A stretch of DNA of 64,000 bases from Nageia nagi (lineage: Eukaryota > Plantae > Pinophyta), in assembly GCA_050084985.1 (NCBI GenBank), contig JBITNC010000001.1, forward strand, positions 154,814,001 to 154,878,000, written 5' to 3'. Below are positions 24,420-38,986 of this stretch, in pieces (the first letter of the stretch is position 1; each line of letters starts with the position of its first letter). A program made the position numbers and the translations under genes. The notes under the pieces are model-generated. The model was given only the letters and a program-made list of their open reading frames with translations. It searched no databases and was not told the DNA's origin.

Positions 24420-27400
24420 AATATTGGGTAAGTGTGACTACTCCTAAGTTTTGTCTAAAATATTTAGAAACATACTTGGGCAATGGTTTGGTAAATATAT
24501 CAACCACTTGCTCTATTGTAGGTACATATCCCAACTTGAATTCCCCTTCTACAATCTTCTCTTCCAGAAAGTGATATTATATGGCTATGTGCTTGGTACT
24601 GGAGTGCATGATTGGATTGTTTAAAATATTTGTTGCAATAATATTATCACACATCATAGAGATATGTTCATTAAAATTTATGCTAATATCTTTTAGATTT
24701 TGTTTCATCTATAATACCTTAGTATAGCATGGCGTTGCTAAAATCTACTTTTGTTGTAGATAAAGATACTAAATAGTTCTTTTTATTATACCATTATATA
24801 GGCTTATTACCTAAATAGAAAGCACCTCCACATCAAAATAGGAAAAGAGTGTGAATTCCTTACCTTTGTGATAGCATATTCCATACTCCGTAGTTACCTA
24901 GAGATATCTAAAAATTCTTTTTACCATCAGTGACATGATTTTCCTTTAGAGCTACTTAAAAGTTTTCAACCATACAAACTGCTTGTAATATGTCTAGCCT
25001 AAATTTAGTTAAATATAATAAGCCACCAACCATAGATATCTATAGGGTTTGAACAATAGGAGGTGAATTTTCCTCTTTTCTTAATTTACAACTAGTCATC
25101 ATGGGAGTGGTTATTGGTTTACTATCTTCCATCTTAAACTTATTCAACATTTCTTTCACATATTTGATTTGAGATATGAATATGCCTTTATCTAGTTAAG
25201 TCACTTGTATATCCAAAAAGTATGATAACTCACCAATCATTGAAATTTCAAATTCATTTTTCATCTGATTAGCAAAATTCTTGCATATTTCATATTTGTA
25301 TCCACCAAATATGATATCATCTATATAGACAACAATGACAAGTTGATACTTATATTCAATTTTGATATATATATTACTATCTACCATACCCCTTTTAAAC
25401 CTTTGCTGTAGAAGATAATTATTTGTTCTTGAATACCATGCTCAGGGTGCTTATTATAATCCATATAAAGCCTTTTTCAATTTTCAAACCAAGTTGGGAT
25501 TTCATGCTAGTTGAAATCCATCTAATTTTTCAATGTGTACTTCTTCCTCTATATTTCCATTTAGAAAGGGAGATTTAACATCCATTTTATGTACTCTAAA
25601 TTTCTTGTATGCTTGTAATGCCATAAATATCTTGATTACTTCTAATCTTACAATTGATGCAAAATTTTCTTCAAAACCAATTCCTTCCACTTGAGCATAG
25701 CATTTATAGACTAGTATGGCTTTGTTTCTAACCACTTTTCCTTCTTCATTTAACTTATTCTAAAATACCCACTTTGTACCAATAATATTTTTATTTTTTG
25801 GTCTAGGAACTAGCTCCCATGTCTTATTATTTTCAATTCGATTTAGTTCTTCTTTCATTTCCAGTAGCTAGCTTTCATATTTACTTTCTTTGGTAACATT
25901 ATTGAGTTCAAAATGAGATAATAATACATAATTGATGTGCTCTCATGTTTTAACAACACTTATTCTTCTTTGAAAACCCAAATTAGGATCTCCAATGATT
26001 TGGATGACTTAGCTACCATTACTTTCCAAATATTTTTGGTGAATTTGGTGATAATAAATTAGTTATTTTTTATAGTGATCCTTTAGGTGATGATGGTGTT
26101 TATGTTTATGGGGATAATAGTGGAGATGATTTGGATGATATTGGTGGTGATTTCCCCTCTTCTTTCCCTTCATATATTGGATAACCATTATAATTTCTTG
26201 AAATTTGACCATGGTTTTCATCAACTTTTACATCATTAATTTCGATAACCTTTTTGGTCTCTTATTGTAGCATAGGTAGGTTTTACTTTTGAATGAATAC
26301 ACAAGAAAAACTCCTTCATCAATTCTATCTTCAAACTTGCCCAAATTTTCATTAGTGTTTCTAATGTAACATTTATTTTCAAATATTTTAAAATATTTGA
26401 CTGTAGCTTTTCTTCCAAACCATAACTCATAAGGAGTTTTATCTTCATGGGGTCTTGGTATGCATCTATTTTGAATGTAAATAGTTGTGCATACTACTTC
26501 TTTTCAAAATCTATCATTTACATTATTCTCTTTCATAATTATTCTTCTATTTTTCCTTTCTACCATGCCATTTTGTTGTGGAGTTTTGGTAGTTGAAAAT
26601 TATTTCCATATGCCATACTTCTTATAGTACCTAGCAAACTCTTTAGAGATGAATTCTCCTCCTCTGTATGACCTAAGATATTTGATTCTTCTATTGTTAT
26701 GATTTTCAACCAAGTTTTCAAAGCATATAAACATGTCAAAGGCCTCTAATTTATGTTTGATAAAGTGCACCCATGTCATTCTTGAGTAATCCTTGATAAA
26801 CAACATAAAATATCTATGACCATGTATGCTTTAAGTTCAGGTTTATCCACATAAATATGTGTAAATCAACTCAAGAGGTTTATTAGAGTATTACTCTTTA
26901 TTCTTAAATGATATTTTGGTCTACTTTCCTTTTTTACATGAAGTTCATATACTATTGGATGGATTTGAGATGCTTAGCATGCCCTTACTACATTTTATGT
27001 GTTGATCTTTTTCAAATTTTTAAAATTTATGTGCCCAAGTCTTTTGTGCCATAACTAAGTACTATCTTCTTCTCTAGGCATATAGAAACCTTTTGATGTT
27101 ATAGTTAGTGTATTCAAATTATTCATTATTCTTGTTTCAGTTGCTATAAATCATCCACATTTTGATCTTCTTATTTTACATCTATATGTTTTAAAGATAA
27201 CATCTTTACCCTTGTCACATATTTTATTGAAACTGAATAGTTTATTTCTCAAGCCAATAACAAATACTAATTCTTTAGACTTCGTCTTTCCATTTCCCAT
27301 TGTCACATTTCCTTTTCCATTTATTTTAGCACCATCATTATTTCCAAACTTGACTAATCCTCCTTCATATTATCATAGGTTCTCAAAATTCTATTTGTCC

Positions 27401-29429
27401 CATATCATATGTTTTGTGCACTGTTATCAATAATCCATGGTCTTGGCTTATTTTTAGCTTCAAGAGCCACTTCAAAAGTCAATTATTCAATTGTATTATT
27501 ATATATCCTTCTCCATGATTTCTTAACTATTGCATATTTTTATTTACAATAGGTTCATTTGTTTTGATATCCTTTTTATTCACCTTGGATGGATTTACTA
27601 TCTTATTTTTATAGAATTTTTCTATATGCACATAGTTTTGACATTGATATCATTCTATAAATTAATATATCAAATTATTGAAGTTGTTTATATGCACAAA
27701 TTTTATTGGTTGAGTATTCATTGTATAAAATACCATCTTATGAAAAAAAGAATTGTATTTATAATAATAGCCATAAAATTTATTTTCATAAATACAATAG
27801 GAATTAAAAACCCTATTTTACTAATAAACATTGCTTATTTTTTATCTTGGCATTCTCCTTCCTTTCTTGTCAACTCTGATGAAACCATCACTACTAGCTT
27901 CTTGATTTTCTCTGGATTGATTATTATTTACGAATGTTTCATTTTCCTATTATATTGAGTATTATTTGATTTAGTGTTGGATAGACATCATTTAGCTATA
28001 ATGGATAATTAAGCCTGATCAAATCCCAATTCAAAATTTATTATTGGATGCCTCTAGGTTTGCAACATTTGATCAAATTGCTCTAATCTTTGCATAAATT
28101 TATGACTTATCTTGACTAGTTGAGATAATTTCTTAATCTCCTTTCTTAAAGTGATATTTTCTTCTTCTAAGCTATGATAATCATCCATTTTATTAGTCAA
28201 ATAGAGAAGCAAGGTTTATTCATTTATCTTGGATTCTTGTAACTTAGGTTTTGTTTCTTCAATTTCACTATTGGCATCTTCAAGTTTTCTAGTCAATTTC
28301 TTATTTCTTCTTCTTTCAATATTTAGTTTGTCTAAAGTAGTTATAAGTTCTTGTTCAAGATTAACAATCACTTCTAGCTCATCATAATCTTTAATAACTT
28401 CATCTTCTTAATTATTTTTTTTAGAAGCCATAAACAATGATTCATAATGATCTTTTCCAAATTCACTATTTGAGCTATTATGAGGTTCATCTTCACTTTC
28501 TTTAAAGGAAAAGCTTCTTTTACTATTTTTCTCTTTTCTAGAAAATTTATCTTTGTTTCTATAACTACTACCTCTAATTTTCTTTTCATCTTTATTAATG
28601 CCATTATTTTCATTGTATGAATGTTTACTATCAAAATGTCTAATATCACAACAACTAAATCATTTCAAAGGTATTTTACCTTTGTATTTTTCATGTTCCC
28701 TTTTTAGATCCAAATAAAGTTCGGTTCATCTAAATATGATATTCATTTTTTATAATCATAGTTAGGCTTGGCTTTGATATTTTTGGAGGCTTTGAAAATA
28801 GATTCTTTATTGGAGTATTTCACTTTAATAGTTCTCATTTTACAAGAAAATAATAAATCATACAATTCATCAATGGAGAAATTGTTCAGATCTTTGGCTC
28901 TTTCGATGGATGATACTTTGGTGTCAAATCTTGAAGGTAATGATCTCATAATTCTCTTCATGATTATAGAATATTTAATCATCTATCCTAATTCTCTGAT
29001 ATTATTGATGATTTCATTTATTCTTAAAAAATAATCTAGAACATATTCTTCATCATCTATTTGCAAACTTTAAAACTTTGTATGGTAAGCTTGAAACTTA
29101 ACTTCTTTTACCTTCTTATCTCCTCCATGAATGATTTCTAGTTTTTCATAAATTGCTTTAGCTAATTTGCAACTAATGATATTTATAATTTCAATGTATA
29201 CCAAGCCACTCATGATATCATTTATTACTTTGGAGTTATAGTCAAGTAGTTTCTTGCTATATACATCTATCAGAGGAGTGGTGGGTATTGTATATCCATT
29301 TACCATTGATGCCCATATATCACATCCCAAAGCATGTAAGTAGTTTTACACTATTATCTTCTAGATGGCATAATTTGTTCCATCAAAAGGAGGGGCTTTT
29401 ATATATGAGTAAACTTCACCACTTTCCAT
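24420..29429 (-). pseudogene. gag-pol: gag-pol of copia element E
   Basis: Gag FDGTNYAI*K...LGCDIWASMVNGY and IMRSLPSRFDTKV; integrase DYSRMTWVHFIKHK...LRSYRGGEF; RT KMDVKSPFLNG and VVYIDDIIFG; RNase H H.STKHIAI.YHFL..DIFTKPL. Confidence 0.9.
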
Positions 29430-29723
29430 GATATCACTTAATGGATCACCCTTATTCAATTAGATCAAATACAAGGACTAAATCCAATACCAATTATTAT
29501 TTTCTAAGTGACACTGAAAGGGGGGTGAATCAGTATGAAGGATTAAAACTTTGTTCTTTAACTTTATCCTTTAAAGAAGATAAAATAACTAGAAAAATCA
29601 CCATAATAATGCATCACATAACATATAATATAATGAAGTTTACCAATGTGGCTACATCCTTAGGTAAGACTGCTTGGACTCCCATCCAATTCTAGCTAAA
29701 TCAAAGCATCAATTTTATAACTA

Positions 29724-32639
29724 TTTTTTTATTAATGGGTAAATTTTATATTAATCAAAAATAGGGAAGTTTCTAAGGGTATTACAAAACCTTATACATC
29801 AAGTTTTACATGCATTACATATTGGTTCAAAAGGATTCCATATTAGTCCTCATGAATTGCTATAAATCCAAAGAAACTTCCCCTATATGTATTAGAAACA
29901 AAACTAGCCAACTAAACAATCACTATGAAAAATAACTTTTCTTCAAAACCCTTGAAATAATATGCCTAATAATTGCTAAACTAATAGGAAATAATACATA
30001 TTATATTTCCATTATACCATAAACACATCAATAAATGGGTCCAACTAATAGCTATAATCTTTTAGTCTTATGCCTATGTTTACTATTCCCTCACAAAAAG
30101 GCTTGCTAAAAATAGTTGTTCTTATAAACTCTAACATAGCTTCTTTTGAACATAACCTCTTTGAAGCTTGGATTGGATCTTACATCTTCAAATTTTATGC
30201 TTCATCCCCCTTTGTTGGTGATTGCTTCCTACAACATCTCATTGTGTATTTTTACATTAAGTATCTTTTTTGGTGGTTTTACATCAATTTCGATAATATT
30301 CATAAGAATATGAGGGCTCTTATATGATACAAGATATAATTCATTATCATAGGGGATTTCCATATTTTCCAATTTTTTTTTTTCTCTTTAGGGATCTTAT
30401 TCTCTAGTGCCTTACTTAACTTCTTGCAAAAAATACTAATATCTCTAATTCTAAATTCTTCCAAGGGTTTTCATTCTTCCTCGTTAGAGACTTGAGCTTC
30501 CATATCCTTAGGAAAAAGATTTATTCAACCTATTTTTTGAAGTTTTGTTTTTCCCATATTTCCTTCTTATTGGATGGATGAGTTTGTTGCTTAACATCTA
30601 CCTTCCTTACCATCTTCTTTTTCTTTGATAATTAGGATTTTCCTAACTTTTTGTAGCCCTTCTAGTGATTCTATGATAACAAGGCATAAGCATATCACCT
30701 TTATTTTGATGGATTCTACTTGTTGCTTCATCTAAAATTATTGCATTATTCAAGTCTATTCCAAAGAGGATATCAGGATCATCCAAAGAGGAGCTAGTTT
30801 TATCTTTCTTGCTACTATTCCTAAGATTGACCTCCTTCATAGTGCATAGGTCATCCTCAAGAGACATTATCATTTCATTAGTTGTTTGAATTTCTTTACT
30901 TACTACCTTTGAGTAAGGTGCAATCTAACTTGACCCTTTGCATTCTAGGTCTTGTATCTATTGGGTAGCCCATCTTATCTTCTAAACAAGCTTTAATTTT
31001 GATGGTTTGAATTTTGCATTGCTTCGAGTGCATCCTATTATTACCTCTTATGTATCTGGTGCCCTAGATTCCAAGACTACATTGAGTTTATTTGGTAGAT
31101 TTTCTAAGTTTATACCTTCTTCCTCACTTGAATATTTCTCTTGAATGATAAATTTCCTATGCAACCTCATCATCTTGGGGCTAGCCTTATGATTATAAAA
31201 TACATCTTACTGAATGATTGGTATCATATCATTCATATGAACCTTTTGGTCTCTTTTCCTCTTAAAAAGGTTTTTTTTTTTTTTTGTATTCCTTTAGGAG
31301 ACTTCTTCAACTTTTTTGTAGCCCTTACTTCTCCCACCTTTAATATCCTAATTATTTGTGAAGCTAGGCAAGATGTTGGCCACTTCAACTTCTTTGAATG
31401 ACTCTTGATTTTAAGTTACCTTCTCCTATACTTTATTTAAGCTTCCTTTTTTTTCTTCAATTGTATCTCTTTTGCATTTTTATCTTATTGTATGTAGCTT
31501 ATAGAAGGTTTTGTTACTCTCCTTAAATAGAATTAAGCTTTCCAAATTACTTTACCTATGCACACCTAAAGATTCTTCCTATGAATACAATCCTTGACTA
31601 GGTTTAAATACCTTACCATCAACCTTAATTCAAATTCTACATTTTTTCTTAATCCCATTCCTAGATTTCTCATCAAAGATCAATTTAATGATTGACACAT
31701 GCAGAGGGACCCTGGCTCTATTCTACTAAACTTTACTAATAGAGATTACCATGGAATTAAACATGAAGTAGGGAAAATTCACATAGTTTGTGTTTGGAAA
31801 GATAAAAGGATTAAGGAGAAAGAAATGTGGGGCTTGAAGTAGCTTGTATCTATCTTCTATAGGTAATGTACTTGATCAAGATTGTTTCTACATCCCTCCA
31901 TGATTTTGGAATTGAGGCTCTAAGAATACCTATCTAATATTTGTTAGGTTTCTTCAACTTCATTACCTTTTTGAAGAACTTGTATTACACTTTTGGCCTT
32001 TTCACTTTCCCCTCTCACTTGACTAAAATTCTCTTATTTGGCATCCCTATAACTCTAGAAATTAATTATAGGTTGATAGTGAATTCTAAGCCCTTACCTC
32101 TACAATGACCTTCATTCCATGTTTCGATCATATCAATAGATATTTTATCATAAAATCCCTTATAATTAATTATATTTTTATCTAATCCCCCTTTGTAGAT
32201 AATTCTCCACACTTTTGGGTCTCTCATGGCCTCCTTTGCCAACATAGCCTCTGTTATCACTAGTTCTCCCATGGTTCTTCCAAAGTAGCCCAACTTTATG
32301 TTTTTACTTATAGCAAGGTAAAATGAGTTATTCAATGATGGCTTTGTATGCATAACTAGGTGTGACTCAAGGTGTTAGAGCCATCAAAATTTGAGCTATC
32401 AACATCAATTGTACCTTGATGCCTCATATCCATTAAGCACCATAAGAGTTTTATGCTTTCATTTTACATTGATAAACACATTTGGGATGGATAATTAAGT
32501 CATTATTGTCATCTTTTTTTACTTCAAAATCACTCACTTTTACTCAAGAAATTTTGCTTTGATGTGACTCTACACATGCTCCTTCACATCACATTCTATC
32601 AGCTGGTATGTAGCATGTATAAAAATGTACTTTCCTTAA
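29724..32639 (-). mobile_element. Insertion F: poly(A)-ended, LINE-tail-like retroposed sequence without RT or endonuclease
   Basis: Absent from the other LTR of E. The minus-strand 3' end reads ttttgattaatataaaatttacccattaat-A7, like plant L1 tails. No LTR or TIR termini and no clear TSD. Confidence 0.6.
30050..32272 (-). pseudogene. Decayed ORF of F: putative plant transposon protein (Transposase_32/Athila extra-ORF-like) N-terminal domain plus Lys-rich and coiled-coil tail
   Basis: MGELVITEAM...KGFYDKISIDM...KGLEFTINL*LISRVIGMP...GILRASIPKSWRDV..ILIKYIT.EDRY...HFFLLN...NFPYFMFNSM...LHVSIIKLI. The 3' limit is approximate. Confidence 0.6.
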
Positions 32640-33912
32640 ATATCGAAGGGAGCACCAACCCCTAATTTATTAATAACAACTAAAAGTAGCACTAATCCCC
32701 CTTGGTCAAGTGCCAACTTGATAAATTCTAGAAATAATATTTTTTTCTAACTTACCAATTCTATTATAGAAGATCCTCATTGTTCTAGCTCAACATTTTT
32801 CACTTTTGGCTATCTCTATTAGAAATATGAAGTCAATCCCCATAGCCTCCATTCTACCCTTATTATCAATCTATTACAACTTATTTTTCAATATTATTCT
32901 ACTTAGACAATTAAATTTAACCCCAACATATCTTAATCTCAACTTAGTACATTAAAAAGCTCCCTATTTTATTTACATTACAACTTTATTTTTCTTCCTA
33001 GTATGTTATACGATAATAGAAATTACTTCAACTTCCCTAACAATCTGACTTCTAGTTCATGATCCTCATAGGAATGTAATCAATGGAATATATAGTATCT
33101 AACCCTTCAACTTATTAACTATTTAAATTATGATCTATACTAATTGCATGTGTCAATTATACAAAATATGCATAAGCAATTGCACCTTCACATAAGGTTT
33201 GGATTATCTGTAAAAAACTTGAACCTTTTGCATAATGCCTTTAGCCTCCTCAAGTGTCTTTCCATATAAGCCTATCTCTTTTTGCATAAGCCATTAACTT
33301 TCTACATAAGTTATTGCTTATCCACATAAGATCTCACTTCTCCATATAATACCATTCCTTTCTGCATAAGGTAAATCTTCTATGCATAAGACTTGTCTAC
33401 ATCATCTGCATTCTCCTTGAGGTAATTTGCATCCTAGATGCAACTTTGTTTGATTTTGGTAGAGATCTGATATAATTAATATGAATAAACTTTTCTAGAA
33501 TTATGTTAAAATAGAATATGATATACTCCATCCATTTTAACACTTGTTAATTCTCATAGAGATTTGGCAGACCCAAGTAGATCAAATTTCATTGGAATAA
33601 AGATGAAATCAAATAACTTCATTTCTTAAAAATTTTACTGAAAAATATATTTTCAACTTCGTAGATGTTTGGTAGATTGAAATAGACCAAATTCCATCAA
33701 AATAATGGAGAAATAGTTTTTCTAGAATAGTGCATTTTCCTCTTCATTATATTTTGACAAGTCTATCCAAATCTAGATGCCTTTAAATACTATCAAAACT
33801 CTGACAAAATGTCTCCTAGTAAATCTTCTTTCTTGCTTCACATAAGGCATCCTTTGACAATAATGAGGCTCATAATCTCCTTTGATAATAATTATAACAC
33901 CATAGGCCAACA

Positions 33913-34678
33913 CTTTTCTTATGTATTTATTCAAATATGAGCCTAAAAAAGTAATCAAATAAATTCATGAAGCTCTAAGTGGTGGTAATTTATGGTAAGT
34001 CCATATTTCATAAGCTTTTGATATTAGGTTATTGTTGGACATAAATTGAAAATACTAAATTGTTCATTTTATAAAATATGTGAAATACTAAAATCATTCT
34101 AATATACAACTTATTCCATCCTAAGGGCTCCACAAAATGCTTTCCCCTTGGCCATTCTTAGTTTAGGCTATTTATGTAGTTGGATTGATCAATCAAATTC
34201 CAAGAGAGGGATACAATTCATCATCATAATCATAACATATTTCACATGGTGGGTTGAAAAAACTCCCATAAGGTCCTAAAAATAACCCTAAATTATAAAC
34301 TTCCTAGATGATCAAATCATAACCAGATTTGGAGTATGATCTAAAATGATGGATAATGGACCAAACCTAAGAAATGAAGCATTAAGGTACTTTTGTGAGT
34401 TATTCCATTTTCAATGAAATTTTTATTCCTTATATGAAACCCAAGTCAATATTTATGTTGAGGAAACTAATAAAACCATTAACAAGGTTCTTTGTAAAAA
34501 AATTTAGAAGCATGGAAAGGATTGGCATGAGTAGTTATCATGTGCTTTGTGTGAATATAGAACAAGTATAAGATCAACTAAAAGGTGTAGCCCATACTCT
34601 CTTATCCATGGATATGAAGTTATTTTTACCTTTGAGCTGCAAATATCATCCTTGATGATTTCTCTTAAAGGCATCATA
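33913..34678 (+). pseudogene. pol: Element C pol segment 3: integrase
   Basis: IHEALSGG (HHCC region), FPWPFLV*AIYVVG, IITRFGV, DNGPNL, ETNKTI, DWHE*L..ALCEYRTSIR, PYSLIHGYEV..LELQISSL. Ends abruptly at a TG at 34679. Confidence 0.85.
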
Positions 34679-37600
34679 TGTATATTGTCATGATTGTTTT
34701 AGTTCTTTGCTTTATTTTTCTCTCTCATGGATGGCTATTAGCACTAATAAGTGAATGTAAACTAGCCTATTATGAAATATTGTTAGGCCATTGATTAATA
34801 TTTTTAAGTATTTTATTAAATTAGTTGGAATAAATCAATTTAAGTTTTATCAAGATGAAGAGTTACCACCCAAATTTGGTTACTTTGTATAGAAAAGATA
34901 TTAATGGTTCCAATAAGGATGGTGAGTAAATCAAAAATACTTATATGGATATTAAAATTTGGGTAGATGAAACTTAGGAAATGGATATTAAAACTAATAA
35001 ATATATAATTATGAACTTAAATGATAAATAAATATTAGATACTCATAGTGGAAAAAATGATGCTTTATAAGGTTTTCTTTATCCACTTCAAGCCCAAGTC
35101 ATAGCCTTTATCCACTATTAATCCATCAACTTTTCATGTTTATCCATTTTAACCACATGAGTTAAATAAGTTTATAAATATGTTTATAGTGACTAAAATA
35201 TCATAGTTCAATTAGACTAATGCTTTAAATTATTTGGAGGAAGATACAAAGGGTAAGTGGAGATTATTCAATGTAGTATAGATTGAAAAGAATGAATTAA
35301 TAATTGGAAAGATACATCTATAAGGAGATATAGGTCAATTAATGTTATTTACAAAATCTCATTTGAAGGTACTTCCATTCATAAGGTTGGTCATAACTCA
35401 AGTCATATTTTGGTTAAGAATTTTGATAAATCATACAAGAAGATTATTAAAGTGGAAAAGAACAAATATCTATATGAGGTGTAAAAGAAGAAATCATTAG
35501 AATTATAAGTAAATTTGTTGAGCTCACTAATGCTTTAACTAATTTAAATTCATAGAATAAAGAACATAAGGATTTTTCATTCTCAATATAAAAATCTCAA
35601 ATATGACCATAATAAGTTCCTAAATGAACATATTTAGTTGCAAAAAGATGTCAATAGGAAAGAGAAGCAAATAACACAAAGTTATAAAAACATGTATAGA
35701 TTGCAAAACATAGGCCCAAAAGCATTATGGAATATGAGTTGCTTGGCATAAAATAGTATATATTGGAGACCATTTTAAATATATCTCCACACTTTGTAGA
35801 GATAATAGATTGTGGAAAACAAGTAGATGGCATATTATCAAAAGTAAAAAAAATACCATAGCAATGCATATTATCATTTCAAATGTCAATAAAAATGCGC
35901 TTGATCTAATGAATAATTTGATAGCTAATGCTCCAAAAGATATGATATTAAAAATAAAAGTTGGAATAAGGAGAAGTCTATTGACAAAGATCACTATTAT
36001 CATAAATACCCTCAAGTTGATAGATAAAGTATAAAAACTATTATGGTATTGCAAGACAAATCCTATGATATTAAACAAATACTCAACCTCTCAACTATAT
36101 AAGGACTTTCATATTTTTAGATCCAAAAGATTATTACAATACCCTCATATGAATGGGTAACATATTTTTATAATAACATGAATCTACCTTCCATATCTTA
36201 AAACTTGAAAACCTTATTGTCTAACATATTATTTGTTAAGTAAATAAGATAATAAATAACATCAAGAGTTATTTTAAAATTTAGTACTATTTCATACCAA
36301 AACATTTTTGATTTGGAGGAAATATAAAATGATATTTAGGTAATAATAGTTTATACAAATTTTGAAATTGTATGAATAAAAGGATCCATTCAAGTGTCCA
36401 AGAGCTTAAGTATAGTGTGATTAGCATAATAGACTAATTAGCCAAACCAATGAATAAGGTTGAGTTTTATTTTTTATAAGAACAAATATGAAGGAGCCAC
36501 TAGAAATGTTAATATTAAATAATCTATTATTTCCTTCTTTAATAATTTCATTCATTATTCTCTTATTTTCCAAAATATTTCATTCCTTATTCTTTTGGAT
36601 AATAAATACCATTGAATAACATCTTTTAACATCCTTGTGCTAGGATCTAAAGTTCATTCTACACACCAAATGGAACTCCATCTTAAAATCCATGTGTGAT
36701 AAAGTTTATATTCGTTAGCCTTGCATGGTATCCTTACATTCTTAGCTTAGACTATATTTTTCACAAAGTATAAGCCTAAATTCAATTCTAAAAAGGATTT
36801 AATACTTATATATTATTTTAAGGTTATAAATATGGATTTTTTCAGTAAGTATGCACAAAGTTGAAGAATAAGTATTTTTTCACTAACTTTGAACAAAAAG
36901 ATAAGGAAAAGTCTCAAAATTTAATGAATGATGATAGTCAATGGAGATAATTATTTCACTAAAAGATCCATTGAAGGAAACAAAATCTAAAGTATGAAGA
37001 ATTCATTTTCCACTAATTTTGGTTAAAAATTAGAGAGGTAAGATATAAGGTTGGTAGAAGATGATGGTTGATGAAGATTTGTACTCATTAGCTAGGAAAA
37101 TGGCTAGAGAGAAATAAATAGCTAATAATAATATTGATTTTGAACCAAAGAGAGATATAAGCATGCAAAATTCAATAAAGATAAAAATTTACCAAGAAAG
37201 TAAAAATAAGATTTTCATTAATATTTATATCAAATCAAGTAAATAGTTAAATAAATTCAAATCAAATGATAGAAATTGATGGGCTAAGGGTTTCAATAAT
37301 TTTAAGTATAAGGAATAAAAGTATATTTTTGGACCAACAAAAATGAAAATTTTACCTTAAGAGAGAAAGGTTTAATTTACACATTCAAAACCAATCAAGG
37401 AGTGATCTAAGATATAATTAATCTTAAAAGTATTTAGTATGCCTCCTACTCATGATAGTTAAAAATTGATTTAGAAGATTTGATAAATATGCAAGTATAC
37501 AATTTATAGTTTACTAAAAGTAGTCATAGTAGTAAATAGAAACAACAAATGGTAGAAAGGTTGATAGGAGTCAAACCTATATATTAAAAGCAATAGAATT

Positions 37601-37935
37601 CAATAAGTATATAAAAATATCATAGCTCAACACTCGTAAGAGTAAAAAAATTATCAATGTTGTGATAAATTGAACATAAAGATAAGATTATATATTGATC
37701 AAATAAAGAGAATACCTCTATTATGTAATTATTTTCTTCTACATACTATATTTTAATAGTTAGAGAAATTATCTTGTAAAATTTTATACATAGGGAAAAA
37801 AGTAATGTTAAAGTGTTGGATCACTATACATGTTTTCCCTTTGTACCCTATTATATACTCTCTATTCTTATCAATGAAGATGTTATTTCCCTTAAATACT
37901 ATAAGTGAGTTTGTTATTTATTTTTTACTAATATA

Positions 37936-38986
37936 TGATGGTGTCAATACATCATTTAGTTTATCATATCCAGGGTTGGTCTCCTAAGGCTATATGCAAC
38001 TGATACTCTACACTAAATACTATGGATCTAATGAAATAGTAACTTCTATTAGAAATATACTAAACTTTCCATAATTAATCATACATACATAAAAAAATTT
38101 AAATAAATATTGCAGTACAAAATGTAAAATACTAAATTAAATAAATAAAGATTAGAGAATACAATTGGTTAGAGTGGACCCTAAAAAATATAAACTTTAC
38201 ATAAACTTCAGAGTTTTACAAGTCATAATGGTAGCTAGTTATCCTTCTTATGAAACAAAAAGGCTAATTCATTCTCAAAAATTTAAGAAACTCTTAGATG
38301 CTAATTCATTAAATTCTTGGACTTATAGGTTTATTTGTAACAAAATCGTAATTTAGCCTATGACTCATTTAGATATGTATAGAAAGAAGATTAAGTATCT
38401 AGCTTGGTAACAAATCTTTAGACTTAGTCAACCTTAAGTTTATCTTGAATTTATTTTTATGCATTCCTTTTTATCCACTTCTTTAAGTTCATTAGCTATA
38501 CTTTCAAAACATAATGTTGAAATCTATTGCAATCTTCTGCTAGAGTTGTGGAAGAATATATAGAGTGACACCTAGGAAATAGAACACTTCATGCCACCAT
38601 GTTTTATTTATGAAACTTCCTATTAGAGATTCTGATGTTGTCTCTTCTTGAACACATTTTGAAGTTAGTCATTCCTTAGTTAATTATAGAGTTTGAGCAT
38701 TCTGAAACTATCTTTGAAGTTTTTCCATTCAAAAATAATTCAAAATTATTTTTCACTTAGATCACATTATTGTTACTTAATGTAAAATATGAACATTCAA
38801 AATTGAAATATAATAATAATAACTAACAACATTTAATTAATGAATATAAAAGCAAATATGTATTCACTTATAAATATAATAGTTATATAAGTTAAAACAT
38901 AATAATAATATCTCATAGTGTTTCAAGTAACAAAATACATTCAAATAATTATGATAAAAAAAATGATATCATTTCTTACCTTATCA
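37936..38986 (-). repeat. 3' LTR of G
   Basis: tgatggtgtc...ccttatca; lacks about 85 bp present in the other LTR. Confidence 0.88.

Larger units (their letters stand above)
22629..33912 (-). mobile_element. Element E: Ty1/copia SIRE-like LTR retrotransposon, degenerate
   Basis: LTRs 22629-24109 and 29495-33912, perfect TSD CTTTT (22624-22628, 33913-33917), decayed PBS complement at about 29480-29492, several PPT-like ctccccct copies at 24110-24400, and gag-PR-INT-RT-RH order. Confidence 0.9.
29495..33912 (-). repeat. 5' LTR of E (split by insertion F)
   Basis: 29495-29723 and about 32640-33912 align with 22629-24109. Confidence 0.9.

Noticed and set aside
27212-27958. Hydrophobic plus-strand ORFs, and similar short ORFs elsewhere in the track
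   Set aside because: Antisense shadows of A-rich decayed retroelement coding sequence.
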